DNA of 64,000 nt from Candidatus Bathyarchaeota archaeon (GTDB taxonomy: Archaea; Thermoproteota; Bathyarchaeia; Bathyarchaeales; Bathycorpusculaceae). A program made the position numbers and the translations under genes. The number at the start of each line of letters is the position of its first letter. Within the stretch, counting starts at the first letter, position 1. The stretch covers positions 192,001 to 256,000 of the forward strand of contig CAWDYC010000007.1 of assembly GCA_963806535.1 (NCBI GenBank). Reading direction: 5' to 3'. Positions 31,089 through 40,058 of this stretch are shown piece after piece. A model generated the notes under the pieces. The model saw nothing but the letters and a program-made list of their open reading frames with translations. It searched no databases and was not told where the DNA came from.

Positions 31089-31112
31089 TTTATATCGCCA
31101 GAAGAATCAAGA

Positions 31113-31511
31113 TTAATGATGATGGTGTTCTTCATGATCGTGATGCGCAGCATTCGGGCAGCCTTCTGTTAATTCTTCCAGTTTACCCTGCTTGTATGCT
31201 TCAACGACTTCTTTGACTGTGTTTGCGTTTGCTTTTAGCACTTCAATGCCTGCGTTTTGGAACGCCATTATTCCGCGGGGTCCCATGCCATGAACTACTA
31301 TAGCTGTAGGTTGAAGTTTGGTAAGTTGGTCATGGGGTGATCCTGTTCCTCCAACATGTTCGCTAACGTTTGTGACTGCATTCACGTTTGTAAGTTCGCC
31401 TTTACTGTCAATCTCAACAACTGTGAAATAGGGTGCTCTTCCAAAATGTTCTGCCAATGGAGCGTTTATGCCTTCTTGATTGTCTGTAGGAATTATTATT
31501 TTATTTGTCAA
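31113..31511 (-). CDS. NifB/NifX-family protein with His-rich tail
   Basis: EHFGRAPYF, GMGPRG, C-terminal CPNAAHHDHEEHHHH. Confidence 0.85.
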   Translation of the reverse strand: MTNKIIIPTDNQEGINAPLAEHFGRAPYFTVVEIDSKGELTNVNAVTNVSEHVGGTGSPHDQLTKLQPTAIVVHGMGPRGIMAFQNAGIEVLKANANTVKEVVEAYKQGKLEELTEGCPNAAHHDHEEHHHH

Positions 31512-31581
31512 TTTTTCACCTCCGATGCTCGCCAAGTTTTTTGTTGATTATCCTCAAACTGATAGACCATATGGTTGGTGT

Positions 31582-31962
31582 TCATTGGCCCTGACCTCTT
31601 ACAGCGCCGAAATGGCCTCCAACAGTGGAAACGCTAGTTTTCTTTAATTCGCCTCTCTTGAACTTCTCAACGACTTCTCTAATAGTTCCAGAAGCATCTG
31701 TCATTATTTCTATGCCTGCCGCCGATAATGCCCTGAAAGCGTTAGGTCCGACATTCCCAGTTATCAGCACTTTTGCGCCTTTGTTTGCGATTGTTTGTGC
31801 TGCATAGATTCCTGCGCCTTCCCTTGTGCCTGCCGCCAAGTTTGGAATGGCTTCAAACTGCATAGTTTCGGTATCTATAATTATCAGATAAGCGCATCTG
31901 GCGAATCGAGGGTCTAATTGGGCTTCCAAACTGTTTGAAGTTGAGCTTAAACATACTTTCAT
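31582..31962 (-). CDS. NifB/NifX-family protein
   Basis: DPRFARC, GAGI.AAQ, TGNVGPNAF. Confidence 0.87.
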   Translation of the reverse strand: MKVCLSSTSNSLEAQLDPRFARCAYLIIIDTETMQFEAIPNLAAGTREGAGIYAAQTIANKGAKVLITGNVGPNAFRALSAAGIEIMTDASGTIREVVEKFKRGELKKTSVSTVGGHFGAVRGQGQ

Positions 31963-31991
31963 TTTTTATTCTCCCTTGTCTTAATTAGTAA

Positions 31992-32897
31992 TTATCTATC
32001 TTTTTCGAGAAACTGCAGAGTTTTCTTGACTATTTCAGTGAAAACAATTGCTGTTGGCAGATTGGGGTTCTCTTCTATGAATGGTATTCCAGTGTCCGAG
32101 TCATTACATACCTTTGGGTCTATTGGTATGTTTCCTAAGTAGGGCACTGCCAAATCTTCCGCTATTCTTTTGCCGCCTCCGGACCTGAAAATATCGATTT
32201 TTTTTCCACAGTCAGGGCAAACGTATCCGCTTAAGTTTTCGATAATCCCGATTATTGGAACGCCGACTTGTTTAGCAAAAGTTACTGATTTCTTGACCAC
32301 AGCTTCTGAAACCTCTGAAGGCATCGTCACTATGACTACACCGTCCATATCTGGTATTAATTGCATAACAGTTAATGGTTCATCTCCAGTTCCAGGGGGG
32401 AGATCTACAAAGAGATAATCTAATTCGCCCCAAACCACATCTGATAGGAACTGTTGGATAAGCCTCATCTTTAAGGGACCGCGCCAAATCACTGGTGTCT
32501 CGTCGTTTTTAAGTAAAAAGTCCATTGACGCCACCTTTACTCCTAGGCGACCCGTAACTGGCAAGAACCCTCCGTCAGGTATCCCTGTAAGTGTTTGTCC
32601 TTTTAGACCCAGCATCTTTGGGATACATGGACCATGAATGTCTGCGTCAAGAACGCCGACTCTATTGCCTCGAGCCGCGAATGCCATTGCCAGATTTGCT
32701 GTTACCGTGCTTTTGCCTACTCCGCCTTTTCCGCTGATTACAGCAATTTTATATTTAATTTTTTTCAGTTGCTGTTTTAATTTTTGCTGTTTTTGGTATT
32801 CTTGTTTTTTGGCGTCGTTGCATTGATCTGATGTATTGCATGAATCACATTCTTCAGTGCATTCGTTTGCCTTTTTTTGTTTAATAATGCTTGCCAT
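31992..32897 (-). CDS. Mrp/NBP35 Fe-S carrier ATPase
   Basis: GKGGVGKS, DADIHGP, VIWRGP, DLPPGTGD, CPDC, N-terminal Cys motif. Confidence 0.92.
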   Translation of the reverse strand: MASIIKQKKANECTEECDSCNTSDQCNDAKKQEYQKQQKLKQQLKKIKYKIAVISGKGGVGKSTVTANLAMAFAARGNRVGVLDADIHGPCIPKMLGLKGQTLTGIPDGGFLPVTGRLGVKVASMDFLLKNDETPVIWRGPLKMRLIQQFLSDVVWGELDYLFVDLPPGTGDEPLTVMQLIPDMDGVVIVTMPSEVSEAVVKKSVTFAKQVGVPIIGIIENLSGYVCPDCGKKIDIFRSGGGKRIAEDLAVPYLGNIPIDPKVCNDSDTGIPFIEENPNLPTAIVFTEIVKKTLQFLEKDR

Positions 32898-32921
32898 TCT
32901 TCAAACACTTGAGTGAAAATA

Positions 32922-32967
32922 GTTTAATAACTAAATAGTATTAATACATTTTGTTTATAAAATAAAC
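32922..32967. promoter_or_regulatory. 46-bp element, copy B (upstream of the mrp operon)
   Basis: GTTTAATAACTAAAT-AGTATTAATACATTTT-GTTTATAAAATAAAC. Confidence 0.85.
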
Positions 32968-33019
32968 CATTTACCTGAATTAAACAGCATTAGCCCTCGA
33001 AAAAAGTGAGGGAACGGCC

Positions 33020-34198
33020 TTACAAATTGAATGCTTCCTTAAGCACTTGCACCTTATCAGTTCTTTCCCATGTGAATTCTGGTTCTTCTCGCCCAAAATG
33101 CCCAAACGCCGCTGTTTTTCTATAAATGGGCCTCAAAAGGTCTAGTTGCTTAATGATTGCCTTAGGTCGCATGTCAAAGGTTTTATTCACTAGTTCAAGA
33201 ATTTTTTCATTTGAGGTTTTGCCTGTACCAAATGTGTTTATCATCACAGAAACTGGTTGAGCAACACCGATGGCATAGCATATTTGGACTTCACATTGAT
33301 CCGCTAAACCTGCTGCAACAATGTTCTTGGCGATATACCTCGCCATATAGCAACCGCTCCTATCAACTTTCGACGGGTCCTTTCCGGAGAAGCATCCGCC
33401 ACCATGCCGTCCAACACCGCCATAGGTGTCAACGATTATTTTTCGACCCGTTAAACCTGAATCCGCTAAAGTGCCTCCAACAATAAATTGCCCTGTACCA
33501 TTAACGATGAATTTTGTTTCTTGGGTAAGCATGTTGGCAGGGATGACTTTTTTTATCACCTGGTTAATTATATCTTCACGCATTCTTTCTCTTTCAATAG
33601 CTGTTGTGTGCTGTGCAGCGATTACTACTGTCATAACTCTAGTGGGTTTCCCATTAACATATTCAACTGTAACTTGAGATTTACCGTCTGGTCGCAAATA
33701 GGGTAAAACTTTGCTTTTTCTGCATTCGGCCAAACGCTTAACAAGTTTGTGAGATAGCATTATGGGCAAGGGCATTAACTCCTCTGTTTCATTTGAAGCG
33801 TAACCAAACACCATGCCTTGATCACCAGCACCTTGTTCGTGATCGGTGGTTTCATTTACGCCTGCCGCGATATCCGGCGACTGTTCCGTGAAAGAGGTTA
33901 AAACACCGCATGTTTCACAATCCAGCCCGTCTTTAGCGTTGTCAAAACCAATTTCCTTTAGCGTTGCTCTGATTACTTGTGGGATGGATACATAGCAAGA
34001 TGTTGTGATTTGTCCAGTAACAATTATGTTCCCTTGCATCACTAACGTTTCGCAGTCGACCCTTGCGTTTGGGTCTTTACTTATTATGGCGTCTAGGACG
34101 CTGTCAGACACTTGGTCTGCTACTTTGTCAGGGTGTCCTTCTGCGACAGATTCTGATGAAAATAAATATCGTTCTGTTTCTTTGCTCGAAGTACTCAA
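33020..34198 (-). CDS. metK: S-adenosylmethionine synthetase (bacterial/eukaryotic type)
   Basis: [48 protein letters not shown]. Confidence 0.95.
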   Translation of the reverse strand: MSTSSKETERYLFSSESVAEGHPDKVADQVSDSVLDAIISKDPNARVDCETLVMQGNIIVTGQITTSCYVSIPQVIRATLKEIGFDNAKDGLDCETCGVLTSFTEQSPDIAAGVNETTDHEQGAGDQGMVFGYASNETEELMPLPIMLSHKLVKRLAECRKSKVLPYLRPDGKSQVTVEYVNGKPTRVMTVVIAAQHTTAIERERMREDIINQVIKKVIPANMLTQETKFIVNGTGQFIVGGTLADSGLTGRKIIVDTYGGVGRHGGGCFSGKDPSKVDRSGCYMARYIAKNIVAAGLADQCEVQICYAIGVAQPVSVMINTFGTGKTSNEKILELVNKTFDMRPKAIIKQLDLLRPIYRKTAAFGHFGREEPEFTWERTDKVQVLKEAFNL

Positions 34199-34225
34199 TT
34201 TCTTTCACCTTAATGCTAAACAAAA

Positions 34226-34271
34226 GTTTAATAGATAAACATCATTAATACTTTGTGTTTATAAAGTAAAC
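34226..34271. promoter_or_regulatory. 46-bp element, copy C (between divergent metK and lrp-1)
   Basis: GTTTAATAGATAAAC-ATCATTAATACTTTGT-GTTTATAAAGTAAAC. Confidence 0.87.
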
Positions 34272-34272
34272 A

Positions 34273-34851
34273 GTGATTGCTTTGGACGAAAAAGGCAAGA
34301 AAATAATCACCATGCTTCAAGAAGATGGCCGAACAACATTAAAAGAAATAGCTAAAAATATTGACTTAACGAGCATGGGCACCAAGAAACGACTTGAAAA
34401 GCTTCTGAAAAACGGAACAATAAAAGTGTCAGCTCTGATTAACTCAAACGCCCTTGAACTTCACCCAGCCATAGTCATGTTAGAAATGGATAGTGCTGAA
34501 GCAATGCAGCAACTCCTTGACCGGTTTGAAGAGTGCCCACGAATAATACAGATATTCAAAACCGTAGGAGGCTTCAACCTTATAGCCATAGTTATAGCAG
34601 AAAACCCCCAAACTCTTGAAAGCATATCTATGGAAAAATGCTCAATGAGAAGCGGTCCTGGAATACGCCGCTCCGAATTCTATTCAATAAGCGAAATGTT
34701 CTTTTCGCCTTTCCTTCAGATACGGGAAGACTTAGCACAACAAGAAAAGAAAGCAGCACCATGTAAAGTTGATTGTGACCCATGTAATCGGTATGAAAAC
34801 AAGAAATGTGTTGGATGCCCTACAACCACATGTTACCGGGGAACTCTATAG
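34273..34851 (+). CDS. Lrp/AsnC regulator with C-terminal Cys cluster (paralog 1)
   Basis: LQEDGR HTH, RAM-like domain, PCKVDCDPCNRY..KCVGCPTTTC. Confidence 0.9.
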   Translation: MIALDEKGKKIITMLQEDGRTTLKEIAKNIDLTSMGTKKRLEKLLKNGTIKVSALINSNALELHPAIVMLEMDSAEAMQQLLDRFEECPRIIQIFKTVGGFNLIAIVIAENPQTLESISMEKCSMRSGPGIRRSEFYSISEMFFSPFLQIREDLAQQEKKAAPCKVDCDPCNRYENKKCVGCPTTTCYRGTL

Positions 34852-34866
34852 CAAGAGAATGAACTT

Positions 34867-34997
34867 TTGGCTGACGAATCAGGAGAGTTGAAAGAGGTAT
34901 CGAAAATAGAAATTGTTTCTTTAATGATAATATAGCCAGATTTTCTCTCAAGGGATTGGAACCCACAACTGGAATATCTACTGCCTTGCCGAACATA
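34867..34997 (+). pseudogene. 5' relic of an MBL-fold gene (paralog of 40059..41036)
   Basis: MADESGELKEVSKIEIVSLM versus [22 protein letters not shown], then frameshifts and a stop. Confidence 0.75.
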
Positions 34998-35072
34998 ACA
35001 TTTCAAATAATAATGTTAGTGAAAACTTTCCGGAGCGTTAAATAATAAATTAAATTCAGGTGTGGAATTGAT

Positions 35073-35487
35073 ATGGACAAAAAAAGACCTTTATACATTT
35101 TGCCTTGACGATGCACTTTCGCCTGTAACTTCAACTGTGTACATTGCCTGTCCGCAGAAAAACCTATAGCTCAAGACGAAATAAGCACTGAAGAAGCAAA
35201 AAGAATCGTTGACCAAGCGTATGAGTTTGGCTCAAGTCTCTTTGGGGTAACCGGTGGAGAAGCCTTATTGCGCAAAGACCTCTTCGAAGTAATAGCTTAT
35301 GCCCGTAAGGTTGGCATATGCACATGCATCAGTACTGATGGTCGTCTCCTCGACAATAAAGCGTATGAAAAGATAGCCCGAAATGAAGTAAAAGTGTACA
35401 TCAGTATAGATGGTTGCGAAACCACAAATGATTTAGTGTGAGGAAAGGGGACCTACACTGCAGCTATTTTTTACCATAGAACCTAAA
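35073..35487 (+). pseudogene. Truncated radical SAM gene
   Basis: LP*RCTFACNFNCVHC...GVTGGEALLRKDLFE...ISIDGCETTNDLV*GKG. Two in-frame TGA codons, C-terminal half missing. Confidence 0.85.
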
Positions 35488-35555
35488 TCGCCGGCTTGTT
35501 CAGCTAAAACGTGCAAGAGCGGAAGATCAAAAATGAAAAGATGTAAAAAGAAGAT

Positions 35556-36662
35556 TTAGTTTATTTTCGCTAGCGGATTCTTGCGGAGTTCTTCAAACAT
35601 TTTGGGATCTTCGCGCAAAATTTTGGGTACATAGTTGCATGCTGGGTCTGATGCGAAGAGGTCACCGGTATAGAATTCAGCCCGTGTTCTGCATCCACCG
35701 CAGATTTCTCTGTACTCGCACACTCCGCATTTACCATTGAGGTTGCTTTTGTCACGCAGTTTAAGGTGGAACTCGCTCTTCTGCAATTGCTCCCATGCGG
35801 TGCGCAGCTTTGTATCCTTGACGTTGCCCACGCGGTAACCTTCGTTGAATCCACAACTACGATAATCTCCGTTTTCTGTAATGCCAATATAGTTGCCCCC
35901 GATTGTGCATCTACCCAAGTAACCTTCGTTGAACCAGTCCCAAAAGTCCACACTGTTCTTCTGTTTGACTATACGGGCGTAGAATGGTGCGTAGACGTTA
36001 ACTTTGACTTTTCCATAGAGTCTCCGTTGGATTTCATAGATTTCATCGAATGCAACCTCATATTGCTCTGGTGTTGGAGCAAGGTCGATCATGTTTGTTC
36101 CTGCTCTGCCCACAGGAACGAGGTTGTGGTAAACGGCTGAGCGAGCATGATATTGTTCAGCTAAGGCTGCGGTATGGGATAGTTCATGAATGTTATACCT
36201 GGTCATGGTCGTAACTAGGCAGTCCAGTAGTCCTACGCTACTAAGCTTCTGTATAGCGTGGAGGGCTTTGTCATAGCCGCCCTGCCGTCTAATCTTGTCG
36301 TTTGTGGCTTTAGTGCCGTCAATGCTGATAGCAGTCTTCACATTGTACTTTGTCAGTTTATTGAAGCGTTCTTCATCCCAAGCATAACCGCTGGTGATTA
36401 AACTTACGTTGAGCCCATGTTCTTTCTCCGCATACTCGATAATTTCCCATATGTCTGGCCGAATCAATGGCTCTCCGCCGCTGATTCCAAACCATTTGGA
36501 ACCGAAAGCAGCAATTTCATCAACCATATGTTTGGCTTGCGTAGTTGTGAGCTCTTGGTCTTTAGCGTATTCTTTTGTGTAACTGCAATATGTGCAAGTG
36601 CCAACACAGTTGCGGGTACAGCGCCAAACAACCATAAACAAGGGGACCGTGGTAGGATTCAT
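35556..36662 (-). CDS. Radical SAM/SPASM enzyme (NirJ/Ahb-like)
   Basis: CTRNCVGTCTYC, SGGEPL, ISIDG, SPASM C..G...C and GKCGVCEYREICGGCRTRA...DPAC. Confidence 0.88.
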   Translation of the reverse strand: MNPTTVPLFMVVWRCTRNCVGTCTYCSYTKEYAKDQELTTTQAKHMVDEIAAFGSKWFGISGGEPLIRPDIWEIIEYAEKEHGLNVSLITSGYAWDEERFNKLTKYNVKTAISIDGTKATNDKIRRQGGYDKALHAIQKLSSVGLLDCLVTTMTRYNIHELSHTAALAEQYHARSAVYHNLVPVGRAGTNMIDLAPTPEQYEVAFDEIYEIQRRLYGKVKVNVYAPFYARIVKQKNSVDFWDWFNEGYLGRCTIGGNYIGITENGDYRSCGFNEGYRVGNVKDTKLRTAWEQLQKSEFHLKLRDKSNLNGKCGVCEYREICGGCRTRAEFYTGDLFASDPACNYVPKILREDPKMFEELRKNPLAKIN

Positions 36663-36794
36663 TTAATTCAGGGTCCCATAAGGCTCTTCCCAAGAATCAG
36701 TAACAACCTTTCCTACTGATAATTCCAAGTTTTTTGCGTAACCAATACTATTGTTTAGGTCACCAATTTTTAAATGTAAATTTTTGCTTGTCAA
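36663..36794 (-). CDS. 43-aa ORF homologous to the CdhA N-terminus (small protein or relic)
   Basis: MTSKNLHLKIGDLNNSIGYAKNLELSVGKVVTDSWEEPYGTLN. 20/38 ungapped identity to CdhA residues 1-38. GAGGGG RBS; its TAA abuts the radical SAM ATG. Confidence 0.7.
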   Translation of the reverse strand: MTSKNLHLKIGDLNNSIGYAKNLELSVGKVVTDSWEEPYGTLN

Positions 36795-36827
36795 CTTTTT
36801 CCCCTCGTAGTTGCACTTTGAAAAGCA

Positions 36828-36873
36828 GTTTAATAGCTAAACATTATTAATATATTGCGCTTATAAAATAAAC
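36828..36873. promoter_or_regulatory. 46-bp element, copy D (upstream of the mini-CdhA ORF and radical SAM gene)
   Basis: GTTTAATAGCTAAAC-ATTATTAATATATTGC-GCTTATAAAATAAAC. Confidence 0.85.
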
Positions 36874-37195
36874 TAACAACCATGATTCTATCGTGTCAGC
36901 CGGTTTGGGGTAAACGCCTAAATTGTGCGAGGTTATTCTTCGAAAGAGGGATTAGCGCTTCAGGGATAAATGAACTAATATACATGCCCATCCGAGTTGT
37001 TCGATCTCCTTTTTAGAAACCTGAAGGAGCGCCTACACAAGAGGCGGCGTCAAGGCGTACCAAGAGAACACAATGACAAATCAACCAAGCAGGCAAACGT
37101 CTCTGAGGAATGTATCTCTTATGTGCAAGCTTATAACCTAAAGGATATCAATATTTTTTGTTTGAACAATAAATTGAAAAGTATTCTCGTCTGTT

Positions 37196-39373
37196 TTAAA
37201 ATAGGCTATTAAGGTTTGCAATGGATTTCTTTCTCAAAGCTGTATAGATCAAGATTACTGACGCTATAATAATTACTGAAACAATTATTGCGAAGAACCA
37301 CCATTGACTCCACAAGCAAGGAGAGGATGAGTTCTTCGCAATATTGCTCATAGAGACCTCTGCCATGGCACCGCTAAATCCATGCCCGATATAAAGTTCG
37401 CTTCCTCGAATTATCGGCCCTGTAGGATTTTGCACGCCAGAAGTAACCACAATGCTTTGTTGTACTCCGTTGACATAGATGTGCATGCCTGTGTTGAGGC
37501 TGCGAGTGAAAGTTATGCGGATCCATTCGTTAAGAGGAATAGCAGAGGTAGTTGCTATTTCGTTAAACCCGCCTGTTTCAGTGGTTACATAACCTCTTAT
37601 GGCACCTACAGGCACCGCACTCCCATTTCCAGGCATTAATCCGTTTATGGATAAACCCAAGATTCGAGGAGGCAATTCGGAAGTATCACTAAGAGTACAC
37701 TTGACTATGATATTATTGTATGAATAGTTTTCAATTGCATTTACCTTTATCCACGCATCAATAGTCATTTCTCCGGTTGTATCTAAACTTGGGGAGACAT
37801 CCACGAACAAGTACTGGTTGTCCGTAAAGTTTAGCGCATAACCAAATTTGCCTTTAACAATTGCTAGAGTGTAGGATAAGTTGGTTTCATAGCCTACAAT
37901 AGCGGGGTTCTGGCCTGTAGAGTCTGATATTACTAGGTTTGGTTGGATTTTTCCAAAATTCCACTGGGCAATAAGATGATTTGACGATAACGGAGCAGGT
38001 AAAATTGCTGAAGGGGCTGCATCAAATGTCGATGCGTTGAAGGGCGACATGAGTGGATAGCCGTCGGTATTGTTGATGCCGACAATAAATGGCGTATCTC
38101 CTATTCCATCGCTTTCTGGCTGGTTCTGGTTTGGTCCTTTTTTCACGTCAGAGTCTGTATAATTACTCCAGTAGTTGCCTCCCGCTGGGTAGCCGTTGTC
38201 CCAAGATTGAATGTTATAGCCTGAACCAGTGAAGACGTTTTGGGAATTATTTATGAAATTGTTGTTATAGATTTTGTTGCTGCATGTAATGAAATTTGGC
38301 GCGATGTATATCCCTACAAGGTTATTCGCTATAGAATTAGCGATTATACTGTTACCAGAAGCTTGAATGTATATTCCGTTAACTCTATTTTCTGCTATAT
38401 TGTTTCGATAGATTACTGTGTTTGACGATCCAAGTTCTATTCCTCGCATGTTACCGGTAATATTATTATCAGATATTTGATCCAGATAACCGGTAAGTAC
38501 CACTCCAGCCCCATTTCTGTTGTTGCAAATTGTGTTATTGCATATTATTTTCGAAGAACCGCCGTACAGTGCGATACCGCCTTGAGTGTTAGCGGTTATA
38601 TTATTTTGTGAAATAGTTAGGTTAGATTTCCCGCCACCACAACAGACTACTCCCCAGGCAGTATTAACTATGTTATTTCCTATTATGGTGCAATTGTCCC
38701 CTCCTACGCTATTGCTTGGTATGGTTTCTTCACCTATTGTAATGCTGTTAAAGGTGCCCGCGCCTATGCTTATTCCATTGGCATAATAGGACGAGTTTGA
38801 GTAACTTTTACCTTCGATTGTGAGCCCTGAAATCTCAACGTCGTTAGCTCTAATTGTGAAAACGTTATCGCCAGGAGCACCGCCGCTTCCAACTACGAGG
38901 GTATTTTTGCTATCCTCACCGATAATCGATATTTGCTTATCAATTACTGGATTTTCATAGTAAATACCATCTTTGACATATATTGTGTCGCCTTGAGAAG
39001 CATTTCCAATTGCATCCAAAAGAGTTGGATAATCGTCTGGAACCAATATTGTGTTCCTTAAATGAGAAATCGCCCCGTTTTCATGAAATTTTGTTGTTTG
39101 TTGGTCAACAGGTGGCTGTTGAGCAATAGATTGACAAACATTTGCAGACAAGATTGAGTTAGAATTTCCAGTTGATCCATAACTCGCAAGTATTGAAAGA
39201 ATCAGTAAGACAACAATACAAACGCTAAAAACGACTTTATAATGTACATTTCCCCAACGCACGCTTTGAAAAGTCTTGTCCGAACTCTTTTTTCCCGTCA
39301 GGGAATTTGACTTTATTTTGGGTCGACTGTATTTCTTTACAGTTTTTTTAACATTTCGAATTTCTTTATTCAA
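37196..39373 (-). CDS. Membrane-anchored NosD/parallel beta-helix plus LamG-like surface protein
   Basis: VPDDYPT..GDTIYV, Asn-rich PbH1 repeats, WDNGYPAGGNYWS, DGIGDTP, LamG-like TIDAWIK/YVNG, terminal TM helices. Confidence 0.85.
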   Translation of the reverse strand: MNKEIRNVKKTVKKYSRPKIKSNSLTGKKSSDKTFQSVRWGNVHYKVVFSVCIVVLLILSILASYGSTGNSNSILSANVCQSIAQQPPVDQQTTKFHENGAISHLRNTILVPDDYPTLLDAIGNASQGDTIYVKDGIYYENPVIDKQISIIGEDSKNTLVVGSGGAPGDNVFTIRANDVEISGLTIEGKSYSNSSYYANGISIGAGTFNSITIGEETIPSNSVGGDNCTIIGNNIVNTAWGVVCCGGGKSNLTISQNNITANTQGGIALYGGSSKIICNNTICNNRNGAGVVLTGYLDQISDNNITGNMRGIELGSSNTVIYRNNIAENRVNGIYIQASGNSIIANSIANNLVGIYIAPNFITCSNKIYNNNFINNSQNVFTGSGYNIQSWDNGYPAGGNYWSNYTDSDVKKGPNQNQPESDGIGDTPFIVGINNTDGYPLMSPFNASTFDAAPSAILPAPLSSNHLIAQWNFGKIQPNLVISDSTGQNPAIVGYETNLSYTLAIVKGKFGYALNFTDNQYLFVDVSPSLDTTGEMTIDAWIKVNAIENYSYNNIIVKCTLSDTSELPPRILGLSINGLMPGNGSAVPVGAIRGYVTTETGGFNEIATTSAIPLNEWIRITFTRSLNTGMHIYVNGVQQSIVVTSGVQNPTGPIIRGSELYIGHGFSGAMAEVSMSNIAKNSSSPCLWSQWWFFAIIVSVIIIASVILIYTALRKKSIANLNSLF

Positions 39374-39417
39374 CTAACAACCCTTGATTTGTTTGAGACT
39401 TGAGTTTTTAAGACAAA

Positions 39418-39463
39418 GTTTAACAGACAAACTTTATTAATACATATCGTTTATAAAATAAAC
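39418..39463. promoter_or_regulatory. 46-bp element, copy E (upstream of lrp-2)
   Basis: GTTTAACAGACAAAC-TTTATTAATACATATC-GTTTATAAAATAAAC. Confidence 0.85.
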
Positions 39464-39476
39464 TCGTGAATTTACT

Positions 39477-40046
39477 GTGGATGAAATTGATAAGAAAATA
39501 ATAGCGCAACTCCAAGCAGACGGGCGGATGACCTTACAGGAGCTTTCCAAATCCATCGGGTTCACAAGTATGGGAACCAAGAAAAGACTAGAGCGACTGC
39601 TGAAAAAAGGAACAATTAAAGTGTCAGCCCTCATAAATCCGAACGTGCTCCAACTTCACCTAGCAATCGTAATGCTTGAAATGGAGAGCGCAGAAGCAAT
39701 GCAGGAGCTCCTTAATCGATTTGAGCAGTGCCCCAGAATAGTTCAGATTTTTAAAACAGTGGGCGGTTACAACCTTATTGCGCTCGTGGTTGCAGAAACT
39801 TTAGAAACACTCGAAAGCATTTCTATGGAAAAATGCTCTCTCAGATGCAGCAAGGGTATACGCCGTTCAGAATTCTACCCCGTAAGCGAAACTTACTTTT
39901 CACCTTTCATTCAGATAAGAGAACAACTTGCAACAAAAGAAAACAAGGTTTCACCGTGCAAGGTTAATTGTGACCCTTGCAATCGATACGAGCTCCAAAA
40001 ATGTGTTGGTTGCCCAACCACAATAAATTACCGAGGAACTTTATAG
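39477..40046 (+). CDS. Lrp/AsnC regulator with C-terminal Cys cluster (paralog 2)
   Basis: Highly similar to 34273..34851; PCKVNCDPCNRY..KCVGCP. Confidence 0.9.
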   Translation: MDEIDKKIIAQLQADGRMTLQELSKSIGFTSMGTKKRLERLLKKGTIKVSALINPNVLQLHLAIVMLEMESAEAMQELLNRFEQCPRIVQIFKTVGGYNLIALVVAETLETLESISMEKCSLRCSKGIRRSEFYPVSETYFSPFIQIREQLATKENKVSPCKVNCDPCNRYELQKCVGCPTTINYRGTL

Positions 40047-40058
40047 TTGGGTTAGAAT

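Noticed and set aside
31113-31962. NifB/NifX and NifU-like genes as evidence of nitrogen fixation
   Set aside because: No nifHDK or nifEN in the window; these domains are common in non-diazotrophs.
35073-35487. In-frame TGA codons as selenocysteine or recoding
   Set aside because: They align with Trp and Arg of the intact paralog (single transitions from TGG and CGA), and the gene is also truncated.
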